Positions 47,197-56,959 are shown, counted from the stretch's first letter. The stretch: DNA of 64,000 nucleotides from Terriglobales bacterium (GCA_035624085.1 DASPSE010000411.1:32233-96232), one strand, 5' to 3'. Translations and numbers: made by a program. The notes: generated from the sequence alone by a model not told the origin.

Positions 47197-48324
47197 TCAC
47201 CGACCCGGTCCACGGTCAACAACTTTCTTTAACGTTTGGACGCTCAGTCGGCCCATGCCAAGGCCGTTGAGGTCACGAGCTCTCGAACGAAGATCGATCT
47301 GAATCAATTCGCTAGCTAAAGTTATGATTGCGCTTGTGACGGGGGTGCAGATGCCTGTTAATCTCCCGAGCGATTCCATCGGCACCATTCCATAAGGAAT
47401 ATCCTCCAACAAGAATCGATGCTGGAGTGTAGGTGGTGCATAATCCTTCGCATAGACCGGATTTGTGGAAAGGACTTCCTGCAGGTTGGTTCCCTTGGCG
47501 CCTTCATGCCCGTACCACTCCAAAGAAACTTCTAACATGGAGTCCAGCGTCAAGCCGAACCGCTTTCCAAGAGAGATCCGTTCACGATCTACCGCCTCCG
47601 CTGTACGAGCAACCGCTGGCGTGCAGCCATCCCAATAAAAAAGAAAATCACCTTTCGTCTTCTCGGCCCAGCCAGCATTGTGGATCAGAATCGGCGCGTG
47701 GACCACTGTGTTTATATTTCGAAGCCCAGTTTCGAGGACGTTCTTCGCTGCGCGCACATCGGCATAAACGTTTAGAAGCGTTCTCATTACTCCTGGCGTA
47801 TCTGAGCCAGGATAGGCAGCCACCCGAAGGCCCTTCTTATAACCGCTCACCCAGGCCACTGTCGGCTCCGACTTGAAGCCGGAATAGATCATGCACTCCA
47901 TCTCAGCAACTTTTACTTCCCGCTTATTTCCCTTTGCTCTCAAAACGCGCGCAAACTCGATCGCTCCTCCGAAATTTCCTGGCGTAAGGACCACAACCTG
48001 ACCATCTTCCAGATGCGGAGCGCAGACTTCGGCGAATCTCTTCTGGCCAAAAGCCGGGACGACGACCAAGACAACATCTGCCCCTGAAAGAGCTTCCTTG
48101 GGATCTGTTGTGACCACGTCCAACTTGGCCAAGCCTCCGTGGATTCCAGGATTACCGACAATCTGGAGTTCGATTGACTTGCTCTTTAAGATGCCTTCGA
48201 TGTTGTTCTCGAATTCCGGCACCTCACAGATGGACACACGGTGTCCCCGCAGCTTCAAATCAGCGGCAGTGATGAACGCGCCGTTGCCGCCTCCTAGAAC
48301 TGCTATATTCGGCTTCGTTGCCAT
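47197..48324 (-). CDS. Opine (octopine/nopaline) dehydrogenase family NAD(P) oxidoreductase, paralog 1
   Basis: 375 aa. N-terminal Rossmann IAVLGGGNGAFITAADLKLRGHRV, plus a C-terminal helical domain pattern (..YAKDYAPPTLQHRFLLEDIPYGMVPM..) typical of the family. Confidence 0.8.
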   Translation of the reverse strand: MATKPNIAVLGGGNGAFITAADLKLRGHRVSICEVPEFENNIEGILKSKSIELQIVGNPGIHGGLAKLDVVTTDPKEALSGADVVLVVVPAFGQKRFAEVCAPHLEDGQVVVLTPGNFGGAIEFARVLRAKGNKREVKVAEMECMIYSGFKSEPTVAWVSGYKKGLRVAAYPGSDTPGVMRTLLNVYADVRAAKNVLETGLRNINTVVHAPILIHNAGWAEKTKGDFLFYWDGCTPAVARTAEAVDRERISLGKRFGLTLDSMLEVSLEWYGHEGAKGTNLQEVLSTNPVYAKDYAPPTLQHRFLLEDIPYGMVPMESLGRLTGICTPVTSAIITLASELIQIDLRSRARDLNGLGMGRLSVQTLKKVVDRGPGR

Positions 48325-48363
48325 TGCTCCCCCTTCGATGTGGACACGTGTGGAATCGCGGAA

Positions 48364-49458
48364 CTATCCGTTTTCAACGTAAGAAATCAACTGCTCCAGA
48401 TTCATTCCCTGAATACCCAATCTTTCCGGCGTCCAACCGGTCTGCCAGTAATCGGTTTGGTTGATTAAAGAAGCAATATCAATAAGAGCGTTGATTGTTG
48501 GTGTTCGCACACCCAGCATCTTGCCGAGATATGCCATCGGAACGATGCCATAGGGGACATCTTCGCTCAAAAAGCGGTGCGAAAGATTCTCAGGGGCGCG
48601 GATGAATCGGTTAGGCTCGCTCTCCTGCAGTGCGGTGTAGACCGAACCCGATTTGAATGCATTTTCGCTGGTTGAACCTGCCTTGTAAAAGTGTTCGACA
48701 AAACGGTCGCTTGAGTAACCGATCCGTTTGCAAATAGAGATCCTTTCTTTATCAATTTCATCAATCACTTTGGCAACAGCAGGCGTTGTGCCTTCGCAAT
48801 AATAAGAAAAGTTTCCTTTGGTGAATTCAATCCAGCCGGCATTCATAATCATGCCCGGGGCATGCATCACCGCGTTGAAATTGGCAAGTGAAGTTTCCAG
48901 GACGTTCCTACGCGCCGTGCCGCCCGGAAATATCTCCTGAAAAACCTTGAAACACATGTTGGCTTGTTTCCCCGGTAGGGATGCAAATTGAGTCTTGGTC
49001 CGTACCGTAATCTTTACCTTGGCGCTTCCCGTGAGCCTGCAGACATATGCCAGAGTATTTGTTTCACACACCGGGATATCGGCACTGACTCTTTTGTCCC
49101 TGAGTATCTTTCTAAACGCCAAAGCACCTCCGGTGGAACCGGGGTTTAGAACCACGATCTGACCGGCCTTGAGATAAGGAGCACAACCATCGGCATAGGC
49201 CGCATGGGCGAGAGCTGGAACGATAATCAGGACAATCTCAGCTTCCTCCAGCGCCTCGGGGAGTTGCTCGCACACTCGATAAATCGGAACTAGACGCTCA
49301 CCGCAGTCATCTATCAACGTGATGCCGCCCAGCTGCCGTATAAGATCGAGCACTTGTGAGGATAGGGAAAACAGCTTCACGCTGAATCCCTTCAGGGTCA
49401 AATCGGCGGCAGCCGCATGTGCTCCGTTTCCTCCTCCCAAAACGGTGACGGTTCTCAT
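48364..49458 (-). CDS. Opine dehydrogenase family NAD(P) oxidoreductase, paralog 2
   Basis: 364 aa. VTVLGGGNGAHAAAADLTLKGFSV and ..RFIRAPENLSHRFLSEDVPYGIVPM... Colinear with paralog 1. Confidence 0.8.
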   Translation of the reverse strand: MRTVTVLGGGNGAHAAAADLTLKGFSVKLFSLSSQVLDLIRQLGGITLIDDCGERLVPIYRVCEQLPEALEEAEIVLIIVPALAHAAYADGCAPYLKAGQIVVLNPGSTGGALAFRKILRDKRVSADIPVCETNTLAYVCRLTGSAKVKITVRTKTQFASLPGKQANMCFKVFQEIFPGGTARRNVLETSLANFNAVMHAPGMIMNAGWIEFTKGNFSYYCEGTTPAVAKVIDEIDKERISICKRIGYSSDRFVEHFYKAGSTSENAFKSGSVYTALQESEPNRFIRAPENLSHRFLSEDVPYGIVPMAYLGKMLGVRTPTINALIDIASLINQTDYWQTGWTPERLGIQGMNLEQLISYVENG

Positions 49459-49576
49459 TTATGTCTCCGTCAGAACATACGAACACCAAGCCGCAACTTT
49501 CTCGCAAACCAAACTACTAAGTGGTCGCAAGCATATGAACTCGGGCCTCAGCAGGACATGGTAGTCGCCTTCTGAG

Positions 49577-50491
49577 TTAGTGTTCCCGGGCCGCGGCAAC
49601 AGACAACAGCTCCAGCTGTTTCAGCGCGTCTTTGAGATCGTTCCGCTGGGCCGACGTAAGCGATGGCAGGGGAGCTCTTACCGGTCCACCTGGAAGCCCC
49701 ATCATTCTGAGAGCTTCCTTGCAAGGGGCAACATAGCCGGGATCATATTCCAAAAACCGGTTAAGGATCTGCAAGTTCATATGCGTTGCCAACGCTCTCT
49801 TATGGTCTCCCTGCAGAAAAGCATCGTAAATCTCAACCATCATTCTTGGAGCCACACAGGCTGCTGTAGAAAAGATGCCCACCGCACCGACGCACAGCGC
49901 GGGATAAAACTGGCTGTCAATACCCGTGAGAATGGAAAATCCTTTGCGCGACGTGCGGAGGACTTCCACAAGCTGTCCAAGGTCGGGGTTGCTTTGTTTC
50001 AGTCCGATGATTCCCGGAATATTCGATATCCGAGCAATCAGCTCGGGGGACATATTATTGCCGGTGTATAGAGGGTTGTTGTAAATCACGACCGGGAGTC
50101 CGGCACTTCCAGCCACTGCTTCGAAGTGAGCATAGATGGATTCGTCGGGCAGCCTAAAATAATATGGTGGCACCAAAATCACAGCATCAGCGCCGCCGAG
50201 CTTTGCATCGTGGCAGAGCTGAATAGCTTCCATAGTGCCGCAGGCTGCGGTCCCGGCGATCACGCAGGCCTTACCTTTGGCGACCTTGGCAACGTTCTCG
50301 GTGACTGCCCTTTTTTCTTCGCGGGAAAGGTGCGGAAACTCTCCAGTCCCGCCGCAGGTCATAATTGCGTGACATCCTCCATCGAGCACATACCGCGTAA
50401 GTGTCGCCACCCCTTTAACGTCGAGAAGGCCCTCGTTGTCGAACGGTGTGGCAATCGCCGCAATTACGCCTTTGAGATTTTCTGCCTCCAT
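49577..50491 (-). CDS. DHDPS / N-acetylneuraminate-lyase family class-I aldolase (DapA-like)
   Basis: GVIAAIATPFD, TCGGTGEF..LSREEK, VPPYY, and the Schiff-base lysine context IIGLKQS. ATG at 50491 preferred. Confidence 0.8.
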   Translation of the reverse strand: MEAENLKGVIAAIATPFDNEGLLDVKGVATLTRYVLDGGCHAIMTCGGTGEFPHLSREEKRAVTENVAKVAKGKACVIAGTAACGTMEAIQLCHDAKLGGADAVILVPPYYFRLPDESIYAHFEAVAGSAGLPVVIYNNPLYTGNNMSPELIARISNIPGIIGLKQSNPDLGQLVEVLRTSRKGFSILTGIDSQFYPALCVGAVGIFSTAACVAPRMMVEIYDAFLQGDHKRALATHMNLQILNRFLEYDPGYVAPCKEALRMMGLPGGPVRAPLPSLTSAQRNDLKDALKQLELLSVAAAREH

Positions 50492-50555
50492 ATGTCTCCT
50501 TGTTCTTTTACAAATGACTACGATGCTTGCCGCTCGAGAACGTACACCGGTCAAT

Positions 50556-52829
50556 TTAGGTCGGCTTCCTTCGCCTTCTCCGTGCTTGCAGAAGGGTGAA
50601 CAACGCTTCAGGCGTGATTGGAATTTGCCTTAGACGTACTCCAGTGGCAGCGGCCACCGCGTTCATAATGGCAGGCGCCGTAGGGAGCAAAGCAGGCTCG
50701 CCCACGCCCTTTGCCCCAAATGGGCCAGTAGGCTCTTCTCTTTCCACAAAAAAGGAAGTGATTTCGGGCACATCCAAAACGGTTGGCACGATGTAATCAG
50801 TGAATTGGGGATTCCGAATGGTTCCATCTTTAACGACGACATGCTCGAGGAGTGCATAACCGATCCCCATTGCTACACCGCCTTCAATCTGGCCTGTTAC
50901 ATTGAGAGGGTTCACGGCCTTGCCGACGTCATGGGCTGCTACGACTGACAGCACGTCTATTCCACCTGTTTGCATGTCCACTGAGATTAACGCGGCTTGA
51001 GTCGCAAAGGCATAGGTGGCATAAGGATTTCCTTGGCCGGTGTTTGGGTCGAGCGCTGTCGTTTCGGGATCAAACGAGGCTTCCGCCAGAGTCGCGATGC
51101 CCTTCCTTTTCATGCTGCTGACCACCTCCGAAATAGAGACCTCTCGGGTTGGGCATTTAGAAAGGTAGAATGTTTCATCATCAACAGCAACATCCTGCTT
51201 AGCGGCTCCGAGCAGCAATGCTGCGGATTCTCGGAGTGATTCGCGTAGAAGTTCTGAGGCTAGCTGAACCGCGCGTCCTACAATATAGGTGGTACGGCTA
51301 GAAGACGAGGTCCCTGAATCCGGGCAGATTTCTGTATCGCCTATAACAGCACGCACAGTTTCAGGGGCAGTGTTAAGCGTTTCTGCTGCAATCTGAATCA
51401 TGGCTGATTCGATTCCCTGTCCGCCATCGCCACAACCGAGATAAAGTACAAACTTTCCGGAATCTTCTGCCGCGATGCGTGCACACCCAGGATTTGGGCC
51501 AGCAGTCTTCCCGCATCCATAGAACATCGAGGCTATTCCCCAACCATATTTTTTGTAATTAGTGGATGCCGGCATATCTCGTTTCGCAATCTCATCGCGC
51601 ACTTTCCGAATGGTTTCAGCCAAACCAACAGAATTCTCCAGTTTCTGTCCTGTTGCGGTGCAAGAGCCTCGCCGAAGTCCATTCTTAAGCCGAATCTCAA
51701 ATGGGTCCATCTTGAGAGTCTCGGCGAGAATATCCATCTGAGATTCATGCGCAATCACGATCTGGGCAACACCAAATCCCCGCATGGCTCCAGCAATGGG
51801 GTTGTTCGTGTAAGCCACGCGCGACCGCACCAGAACATTCGGTACATCGTAAGGGCCTGCACCATAAATCATGGCGCGCATGAGAGTCGTAACGCTATAA
51901 GACGCGTAGGCTCCGCCGTCCGCCTTGATGGCAACCTTCACTGCCGTAATCCGGCCTTCGCGCGTTGCGCCGGTGGTGTAATCGATAACGAAGGGGTGCC
52001 TCTTCGTCGAGGCGATAAATGATTCTTCCCGGTCGTATACCATCTTGGCCGGCCGCCGGGTTTTAGCACTGACAAGGGCAGCATAGTAGCCTGGGTTCAC
52101 GCAATGCTTGTCTCCAAAGCATCCGCCAACCGTGGTTAGAATGCATCGCACGTGGTCGATGGGTACGCCTAGCATGGCGGCGATTTGCTTATGGTCATCG
52201 TGGATGTATTTGCTGGGCATCCAGACATTGACTTTGCCTTCCACCCAGGCTGCCACACCCGCTTCCGGTTCCGTGTAGGCGTGCTCGACCATTTGGGTTC
52301 GATAAGTATTCGTGGTCACTATTTCGGCATCTCTCAATGCCTGGTCCGGATCGCCCTTTCTAAGCACCCGATCCAGCAGCAGATTCCCGGATTCGTGAAT
52401 TTTAACGGCGTCAGACGCAAGCGCCTCTTCAAACGAAAAAATTGCTGGCAGGTCCTCGTAATCCACTTCAATTAATCCGGCGGCCTTCGCTGCAATTTCA
52501 GTGGTTTCCGCGGCCACTAGCGCCACTGGATCGCCAACCCGGCGGACCTTCTCATCGCATAGTATGGGTTGGTCTTTAATTCCGACTCCGGAACGATTCA
52601 AGCCTGGGATGTCGCGGCTGGTGTATATCTCAACAACGCCAGTAAACGCTTTGGCTTTCTCCGTGTGAATGCCCAGAATCTTGGCATGAGGCCGGTTGCT
52701 GCGGAAGACCTTAAGATAAAGCGTTCCAGGCAAACTAACATCTGCTGCGTAAATTGCTTTACCCGTCACCTTTGCCAACGCATCGACGCGCGCGAGTGGC
52801 TTGCCTAGGATTTGATGAGATTCCTTCAT
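50556..52829 (-). CDS. Xanthine-dehydrogenase-family molybdopterin-binding (large) subunit
   Basis: ILGKPLARVDALAKVTGKAIYAADV at the N-terminus; GGCFGDK, GAMRGFG; overall about 757 aa. ATG at 52829 preferred over 53003. Confidence 0.9.
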   Translation of the reverse strand: MKESHQILGKPLARVDALAKVTGKAIYAADVSLPGTLYLKVFRSNRPHAKILGIHTEKAKAFTGVVEIYTSRDIPGLNRSGVGIKDQPILCDEKVRRVGDPVALVAAETTEIAAKAAGLIEVDYEDLPAIFSFEEALASDAVKIHESGNLLLDRVLRKGDPDQALRDAEIVTTNTYRTQMVEHAYTEPEAGVAAWVEGKVNVWMPSKYIHDDHKQIAAMLGVPIDHVRCILTTVGGCFGDKHCVNPGYYAALVSAKTRRPAKMVYDREESFIASTKRHPFVIDYTTGATREGRITAVKVAIKADGGAYASYSVTTLMRAMIYGAGPYDVPNVLVRSRVAYTNNPIAGAMRGFGVAQIVIAHESQMDILAETLKMDPFEIRLKNGLRRGSCTATGQKLENSVGLAETIRKVRDEIAKRDMPASTNYKKYGWGIASMFYGCGKTAGPNPGCARIAAEDSGKFVLYLGCGDGGQGIESAMIQIAAETLNTAPETVRAVIGDTEICPDSGTSSSSRTTYIVGRAVQLASELLRESLRESAALLLGAAKQDVAVDDETFYLSKCPTREVSISEVVSSMKRKGIATLAEASFDPETTALDPNTGQGNPYATYAFATQAALISVDMQTGGIDVLSVVAAHDVGKAVNPLNVTGQIEGGVAMGIGYALLEHVVVKDGTIRNPQFTDYIVPTVLDVPEITSFFVEREEPTGPFGAKGVGEPALLPTAPAIMNAVAAATGVRLRQIPITPEALFTLLQARRRRRKPT

Positions 52830-52830
52830 A

Positions 52831-53217
52831 TTAAACTTGTTGCGCCTGGCCTCCTCCCTCGAAAAGCTCGATTTTGTTGCCGTCAGGATCGGCGACATAG
52901 ATGGTAAGACCATAAATGCCCTGATGAAGATCCTGGTAGAAGCTTGCACCCGCTTCCCTGAGGCGCGTGGCAATTCCGGCCACATCGTGCACTTTGAAAG
53001 CAATATGATCGATCTTCAGCGCTTCCGCAGAACCCCCGGAGGTTAGTGCGAGCCCTCCGTAAAAAGCAAGGAAAGAACGCCCGTCAGCAAGAGGCTTGGC
53101 GGGCCGAACCTTGAAGCCGAGAAGATCAACGTAAAAACGTTCCGAGCGAGTGATATCGGAGACCTTCAGCAGTATGTGCGCAAGTTGCGCAACTTCTGGG
53201 ATGCCCTGAGTAGGCAT
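52831..53217 (-). CDS. VOC (glyoxalase / bleomycin-resistance / extradiol dioxygenase) family protein
   Basis: 128 aa. HILLKVSDITRSERFYVDLLGF, DHIAFKV, DPDGNKIELFE. Confidence 0.8.
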   Translation of the reverse strand: MPTQGIPEVAQLAHILLKVSDITRSERFYVDLLGFKVRPAKPLADGRSFLAFYGGLALTSGGSAEALKIDHIAFKVHDVAGIATRLREAGASFYQDLHQGIYGLTIYVADPDGNKIELFEGGGQAQQV

Positions 53218-53220
53218 TGA

Positions 53221-54132
53221 TCACGACTCCGATTGGATTATCTTCTCAATGCGCTCGCGAATTCCTTCCCACTGGCTCGCGCCGACGGTTACAGGCGCGC
53301 GGCTCCCCAACCCCCGCGCCCAGATTGCTTTGATTCCAAACTTCTTTGCCGCCTCACGGTCAACACTTCCGGGAGGCGCGGCGATATCCAACACAAGAGC
53401 TGCCTTATTCAATCGACCTAGAATGTCCTCACCTACAGCACGTGCAGGAACGGTCGAGAAAAGGATGTCTAACTGAGAGGCCAAATTTTCCAACTCCTCA
53501 GGGAGATGGATCTCCGCGCCCGACACGTAGGCTGCCGCCCTCCGATCGGGAGAGCGTGCTACGACATGAACCTCGGCGCCAAGGGCGATGAGATAGCGGG
53601 TCAGTAAAGATCCGATTGTCCCGTGTCCGACCACACAGACCCGCGCTTTGTGGATCGTGATGGCTGTGTTCTCGATGGTGACTTTCAGCAAGCCCTCGAT
53701 AATTGCTGGGGCACGCCGCAACATCATTCCCCGGTCCGCTTCGTATTCGTGGAGTTGAATGGAAAGGTCTGCGGCATGGGTCTTAAGCTTATCGTCTGCC
53801 CATCCCAAAATGATGTGTGCAGGCGGTTTCATGCCGGCCAGCATGGATCTGTCGGGGATTATCGGTTTAGGACTTTTCGGCGCGAAAAGAGCACCGTCAG
53901 CGCCGATGCCGGGGATCGGGAAAAGCGCAAATTTGGCGCCCTTTAGTACGGCGGCTGGGTCGGCGAGGTGTTGGACTCTAGGAATCCCATGCTCCGGCCA
54001 GGGGATGCCGCAAGCGCGGACCTCTGCACCTGTCGCCGCAGCCAGGCGCGCAATCTCCTGTTCCCTCTCATCGCCGCCGAGCATGCCGATGGTCAATGTG
54101 GCCCAGTTCACTCGCGGCGTTTTAACCGCCAT
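53221..54132 (-). CDS. Dipicolinate-synthase-subunit-A-like (DpaA/SpoVFA-like) NAD(P) dehydrogenase
   Basis: Appears colinear with B. subtilis SpoVFA as I recall it: IGMLGGDEREQEI (IAVIGGDARQLEI), LFPIPG, EGLLKVTIENTAITIHKARVCVVGHGTIGSLL..LGAEVHVVARS, VLDIAAPPGSVD..GIKAIWARGLGSRAPVTVG (ILDLASRPGGTD..GIKALLAPGLPGIVAPKTAG). Confidence 0.65.
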   Translation of the reverse strand: MAVKTPRVNWATLTIGMLGGDEREQEIARLAAATGAEVRACGIPWPEHGIPRVQHLADPAAVLKGAKFALFPIPGIGADGALFAPKSPKPIIPDRSMLAGMKPPAHIILGWADDKLKTHAADLSIQLHEYEADRGMMLRRAPAIIEGLLKVTIENTAITIHKARVCVVGHGTIGSLLTRYLIALGAEVHVVARSPDRRAAAYVSGAEIHLPEELENLASQLDILFSTVPARAVGEDILGRLNKAALVLDIAAPPGSVDREAAKKFGIKAIWARGLGSRAPVTVGASQWEGIRERIEKIIQSES

Positions 54133-54405
54133 TGCTCTGGCTCCAAAAGTGGTTACAAGGTCACCGCACTTATCTTATGTGGCTTCTGCGTCTAGCCGGT
54201 GATCTACTCATAGTCTTACGCTTCTGTTCGCCCAAGAGTTTCGCATGAGCGTTGCAACCCTGCCACATTCTCTCTAGCACAAACCACAATCACGAGAGCG
54301 AGGGCGATTTCCAACAGTTGATGAACCGACCGCAGACCTCGCGGGGAATTGGGCACAAGTCGATCTAGCGACTACGTACGTTGTAGTCCGTCCCTATCTG
54401 CGGGT

Positions 54406-54888
54406 TCAACGTGATGTGGCTCGTTGCAACACTGCGGCCGCCTTCTCGATCGACTGGACAATCTTCAAATATCCCGTGCAGCGGCAGATATTGCCGGCGA
54501 TGCCCTCGCGAATCTCTTGCTCAGTGGGATCGGGGTTCTTCCTCAAAAGGGCCCCTGCTGATATCAGCAGTCCAGGAATGCAAAAACCGCATTGCACGGC
54601 GCCATTGTCGATAAACGCCTGTTGCAGAGGATGCAGGTTGGACGGGTCGCCCAAGCCTTCGACAGTAACAATCCCTTTTCCCTCCATTGCAATTGCGAGG
54701 CACAGACAGGAATTGACCGCCTCACCATCCAGCAGAACCGTACATGCGCCGCACTCACCTGTACCGCAACCCTCCTTCGTGCCCGTTAGACCAACCTTCT
54801 CGCGAATTACATCGAGCAGCAGGTCCTTTGCATCAACTACCAAGGCACGAAGCTTCCCATTTACGTTTAGGGTGATGTTCTTTTTCAT
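54406..54888 (-). CDS. Xanthine-dehydrogenase-family [2Fe-2S] (small) subunit
   Basis: 160 aa. CGTGECGACTV and QCGFCIPG..CRCTGY cluster-binding motifs. Confidence 0.9.
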   Translation of the reverse strand: MKKNITLNVNGKLRALVVDAKDLLLDVIREKVGLTGTKEGCGTGECGACTVLLDGEAVNSCLCLAIAMEGKGIVTVEGLGDPSNLHPLQQAFIDNGAVQCGFCIPGLLISAGALLRKNPDPTEQEIREGIAGNICRCTGYLKIVQSIEKAAAVLQRATSR

Positions 54889-55760
54889 GATCGATCTGCT
54901 CCTCGTCGAAGCACATGTTCCAAGGCGCGGCCGACTAGCACGGTAGTGAGTTTGCGGCGGTATTCGGCCGACGCCCGCAAGTCGCTGATCGGCGATATAT
55001 CGGTTGCAGCCATCGATGCAGCTTGCGCCAGTAATTCCAAACTTACCTTGCGCCCTTGCAGAAGCTGCTCTGTTTTATACGCACGGATCGGAGTCGGCGC
55101 AACTGCCCCTAGCGCAATGCGCGCGTTGACGATTTCCCGGTTGCCTTTGATGGCCAGCCCCACCGCTCCATTTACGATCGGCAGCGTCAATGCTTTGCGC
55201 CGGCCAAAGCGCAGAAAATTGACTCGGAACTGTTCCTCCATGGGCACGATAAGCTCGGTCAGGATCTCTCCTGGCTGCAACACTGTCCGCCGTGGGCCCA
55301 CGAAAAAATCTTCCGACCGTACGATGCGCTCTCTGCCTTTGCTCTGCAGCCGGAAGCTAGCTCCTAGTGCGAGTAGTGGAGGACCCGAATCCAGCGAGGG
55401 AACTGCGTTGCACACATTACCACCAATGGTGGCCAGGTTTCGGCACTGTACCGCACCCACCTCGATGGCCGCTTCCGCGATAGCTGGCAGCTTTCTCCTA
55501 ATCCCTGGATGCTCACAGAGGGTCGTAAAGGTAACCAGGGCGCCAATCCTGACGTGGTCGCTCTCAAAAATGAGATCATCAAGTCCCTTATCGGCAAGAT
55601 CGACCACGTAGTCGGGTTTCCTTATCCCAGACCGCAACATGGGGATCAGGTCGGTTCCTCCAGCCAGAACCTCAACCTTCTTGTCCTTAAGTTGGTTCAA
55701 GACATCTAACGTGCCTGCCAAATCAGGAGGCTTCAGATATTCGAACGTGCTCGGTAACAT
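54885..55760 (-). CDS. Xanthine-dehydrogenase-family FAD-binding (medium) subunit
   Basis: 291 aa. FEYLKP..L..AGGTDLIPMLR, ATIGGN. 4-nt overlap with the 2Fe-2S gene. Confidence 0.9.
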   Translation of the reverse strand: MLPSTFEYLKPPDLAGTLDVLNQLKDKKVEVLAGGTDLIPMLRSGIRKPDYVVDLADKGLDDLIFESDHVRIGALVTFTTLCEHPGIRRKLPAIAEAAIEVGAVQCRNLATIGGNVCNAVPSLDSGPPLLALGASFRLQSKGRERIVRSEDFFVGPRRTVLQPGEILTELIVPMEEQFRVNFLRFGRRKALTLPIVNGAVGLAIKGNREIVNARIALGAVAPTPIRAYKTEQLLQGRKVSLELLAQAASMAATDISPISDLRASAEYRRKLTTVLVGRALEHVLRRGADRS

Positions 55761-55782
55761 AAAAACTAATCCATTCGTTGAG

Positions 55783-56790
55783 CTACTTGTGACCGACGAA
55801 AGATTCTGTCAGCTCCCGCACCAACTGCAACGCGAGTCCTCTTTCTATGGCATCTCCAACAATGGACACTACCGGCTCTTCTACTCCAGCGTCAATGAAG
55901 GATTTCAGACGATCGCGGCAGTGATTAGGTGTACCTGCCACCGCGAAGGTCTCTACCGCTTCGTCCGGCACAAGCCGCGCCGCCCCGCTCAGATCCCGGC
56001 GAGACACGGCGGCGATAATGGCTTCCTGGTCTATAGCGATTTTGGCGGCCGCGATATTTTCGGCGAAGAACTTGTTCCGGAAGACGAAGGCTAGCTGGCC
56101 GCGTACCAACTCCTTGGCACGCCCATCATCTCTGGCGACACCTAGAAAAAGGCGGGCTGCTTTGCGCAAGGATTTAGGATCTCGTCCTGCTCTCCGGGCA
56201 CCCTCATCTACAAAGGACAAAGACTGGTTGATGAACTCTGGCGACAAACCGGCAGTGAGGACTACGCCATCTGCGAAACGCCCGGCGAGACGAAGCATGT
56301 TGGGTCCCATCGCGGCAATGTAGATGGGAATCGGGGTGGCGGGTCGGAAGCCCATACGAGCACCCGCGAGGCGGATCGTTTCGCCTGAGTAGTGAACTGC
56401 TTCCCCCGACCAGAGGGCGCGCAAGCATCCGACGAACTCTTCCACAGCACGAACAGGTTTGATCGGCTCCTTCCCTGATTCCTGGAGAAACAGAGGGTTG
56501 CCAATGCCCACGGCCAGTGCCACCCGTCCCGGCGCTGCCTCCGCTAGCGTTGTCATGGCCATCGCCGTGGGCGTTGGATGCCAGAGATACGGGCTTACTG
56601 CCGTGGGGACGAGTACGGCACCATCTGTCGATGTGGCGAATGCCATGCACACGAGGGTTGCTTCCCTGTAGCCGAGATGTTCGGCCGCCCACAAGCTCGT
56701 GGCACCAGCGGAAACGGCCTCCCGTGCCAGTTGCACCGCTTCAAGAATTGGGAGGAAGCCGTCGAACGCTACCCCTACAGGAAGCTTCAT
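55783..56790 (-). CDS. LLM-class (luciferase-like) flavin/F420-dependent oxidoreductase
   Basis: A..AGATSLWAAEHLGYREA, ALAVGIGNP, and a TIM-barrel-length protein. ATG at 56790 with a GGAGGA RBS preferred over TTG at 56805. Confidence 0.8.
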   Translation of the reverse strand: MKLPVGVAFDGFLPILEAVQLAREAVSAGATSLWAAEHLGYREATLVCMAFATSTDGAVLVPTAVSPYLWHPTPTAMAMTTLAEAAPGRVALAVGIGNPLFLQESGKEPIKPVRAVEEFVGCLRALWSGEAVHYSGETIRLAGARMGFRPATPIPIYIAAMGPNMLRLAGRFADGVVLTAGLSPEFINQSLSFVDEGARRAGRDPKSLRKAARLFLGVARDDGRAKELVRGQLAFVFRNKFFAENIAAAKIAIDQEAIIAAVSRRDLSGAARLVPDEAVETFAVAGTPNHCRDRLKSFIDAGVEEPVVSIVGDAIERGLALQLVRELTESFVGHK

Positions 56791-56959
56791 AGCGCGCTCC
56801 TCCAAGCGCTTTTCTCATCATCTTGGCCAATAATTTCTTGCCTAACCTGCTCCGCGGGCGAAGTCCGCCACGGAGGAGACTCTCCCACGACGTTTTGACT
56901 GACGTGCCATGTCTTATGTCTTGACGCTGCTGAGAAAGGATTCCCTATAAAATAAGGAA

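Noticed and set aside
54370-54388. Hairpin GACTAC-gtacgtt-GTAGTC just downstream of the 2Fe-2S subunit gene
   Set aside because: Only a 6-bp stem with no U-tract, so it is too weak to call as an intrinsic terminator.
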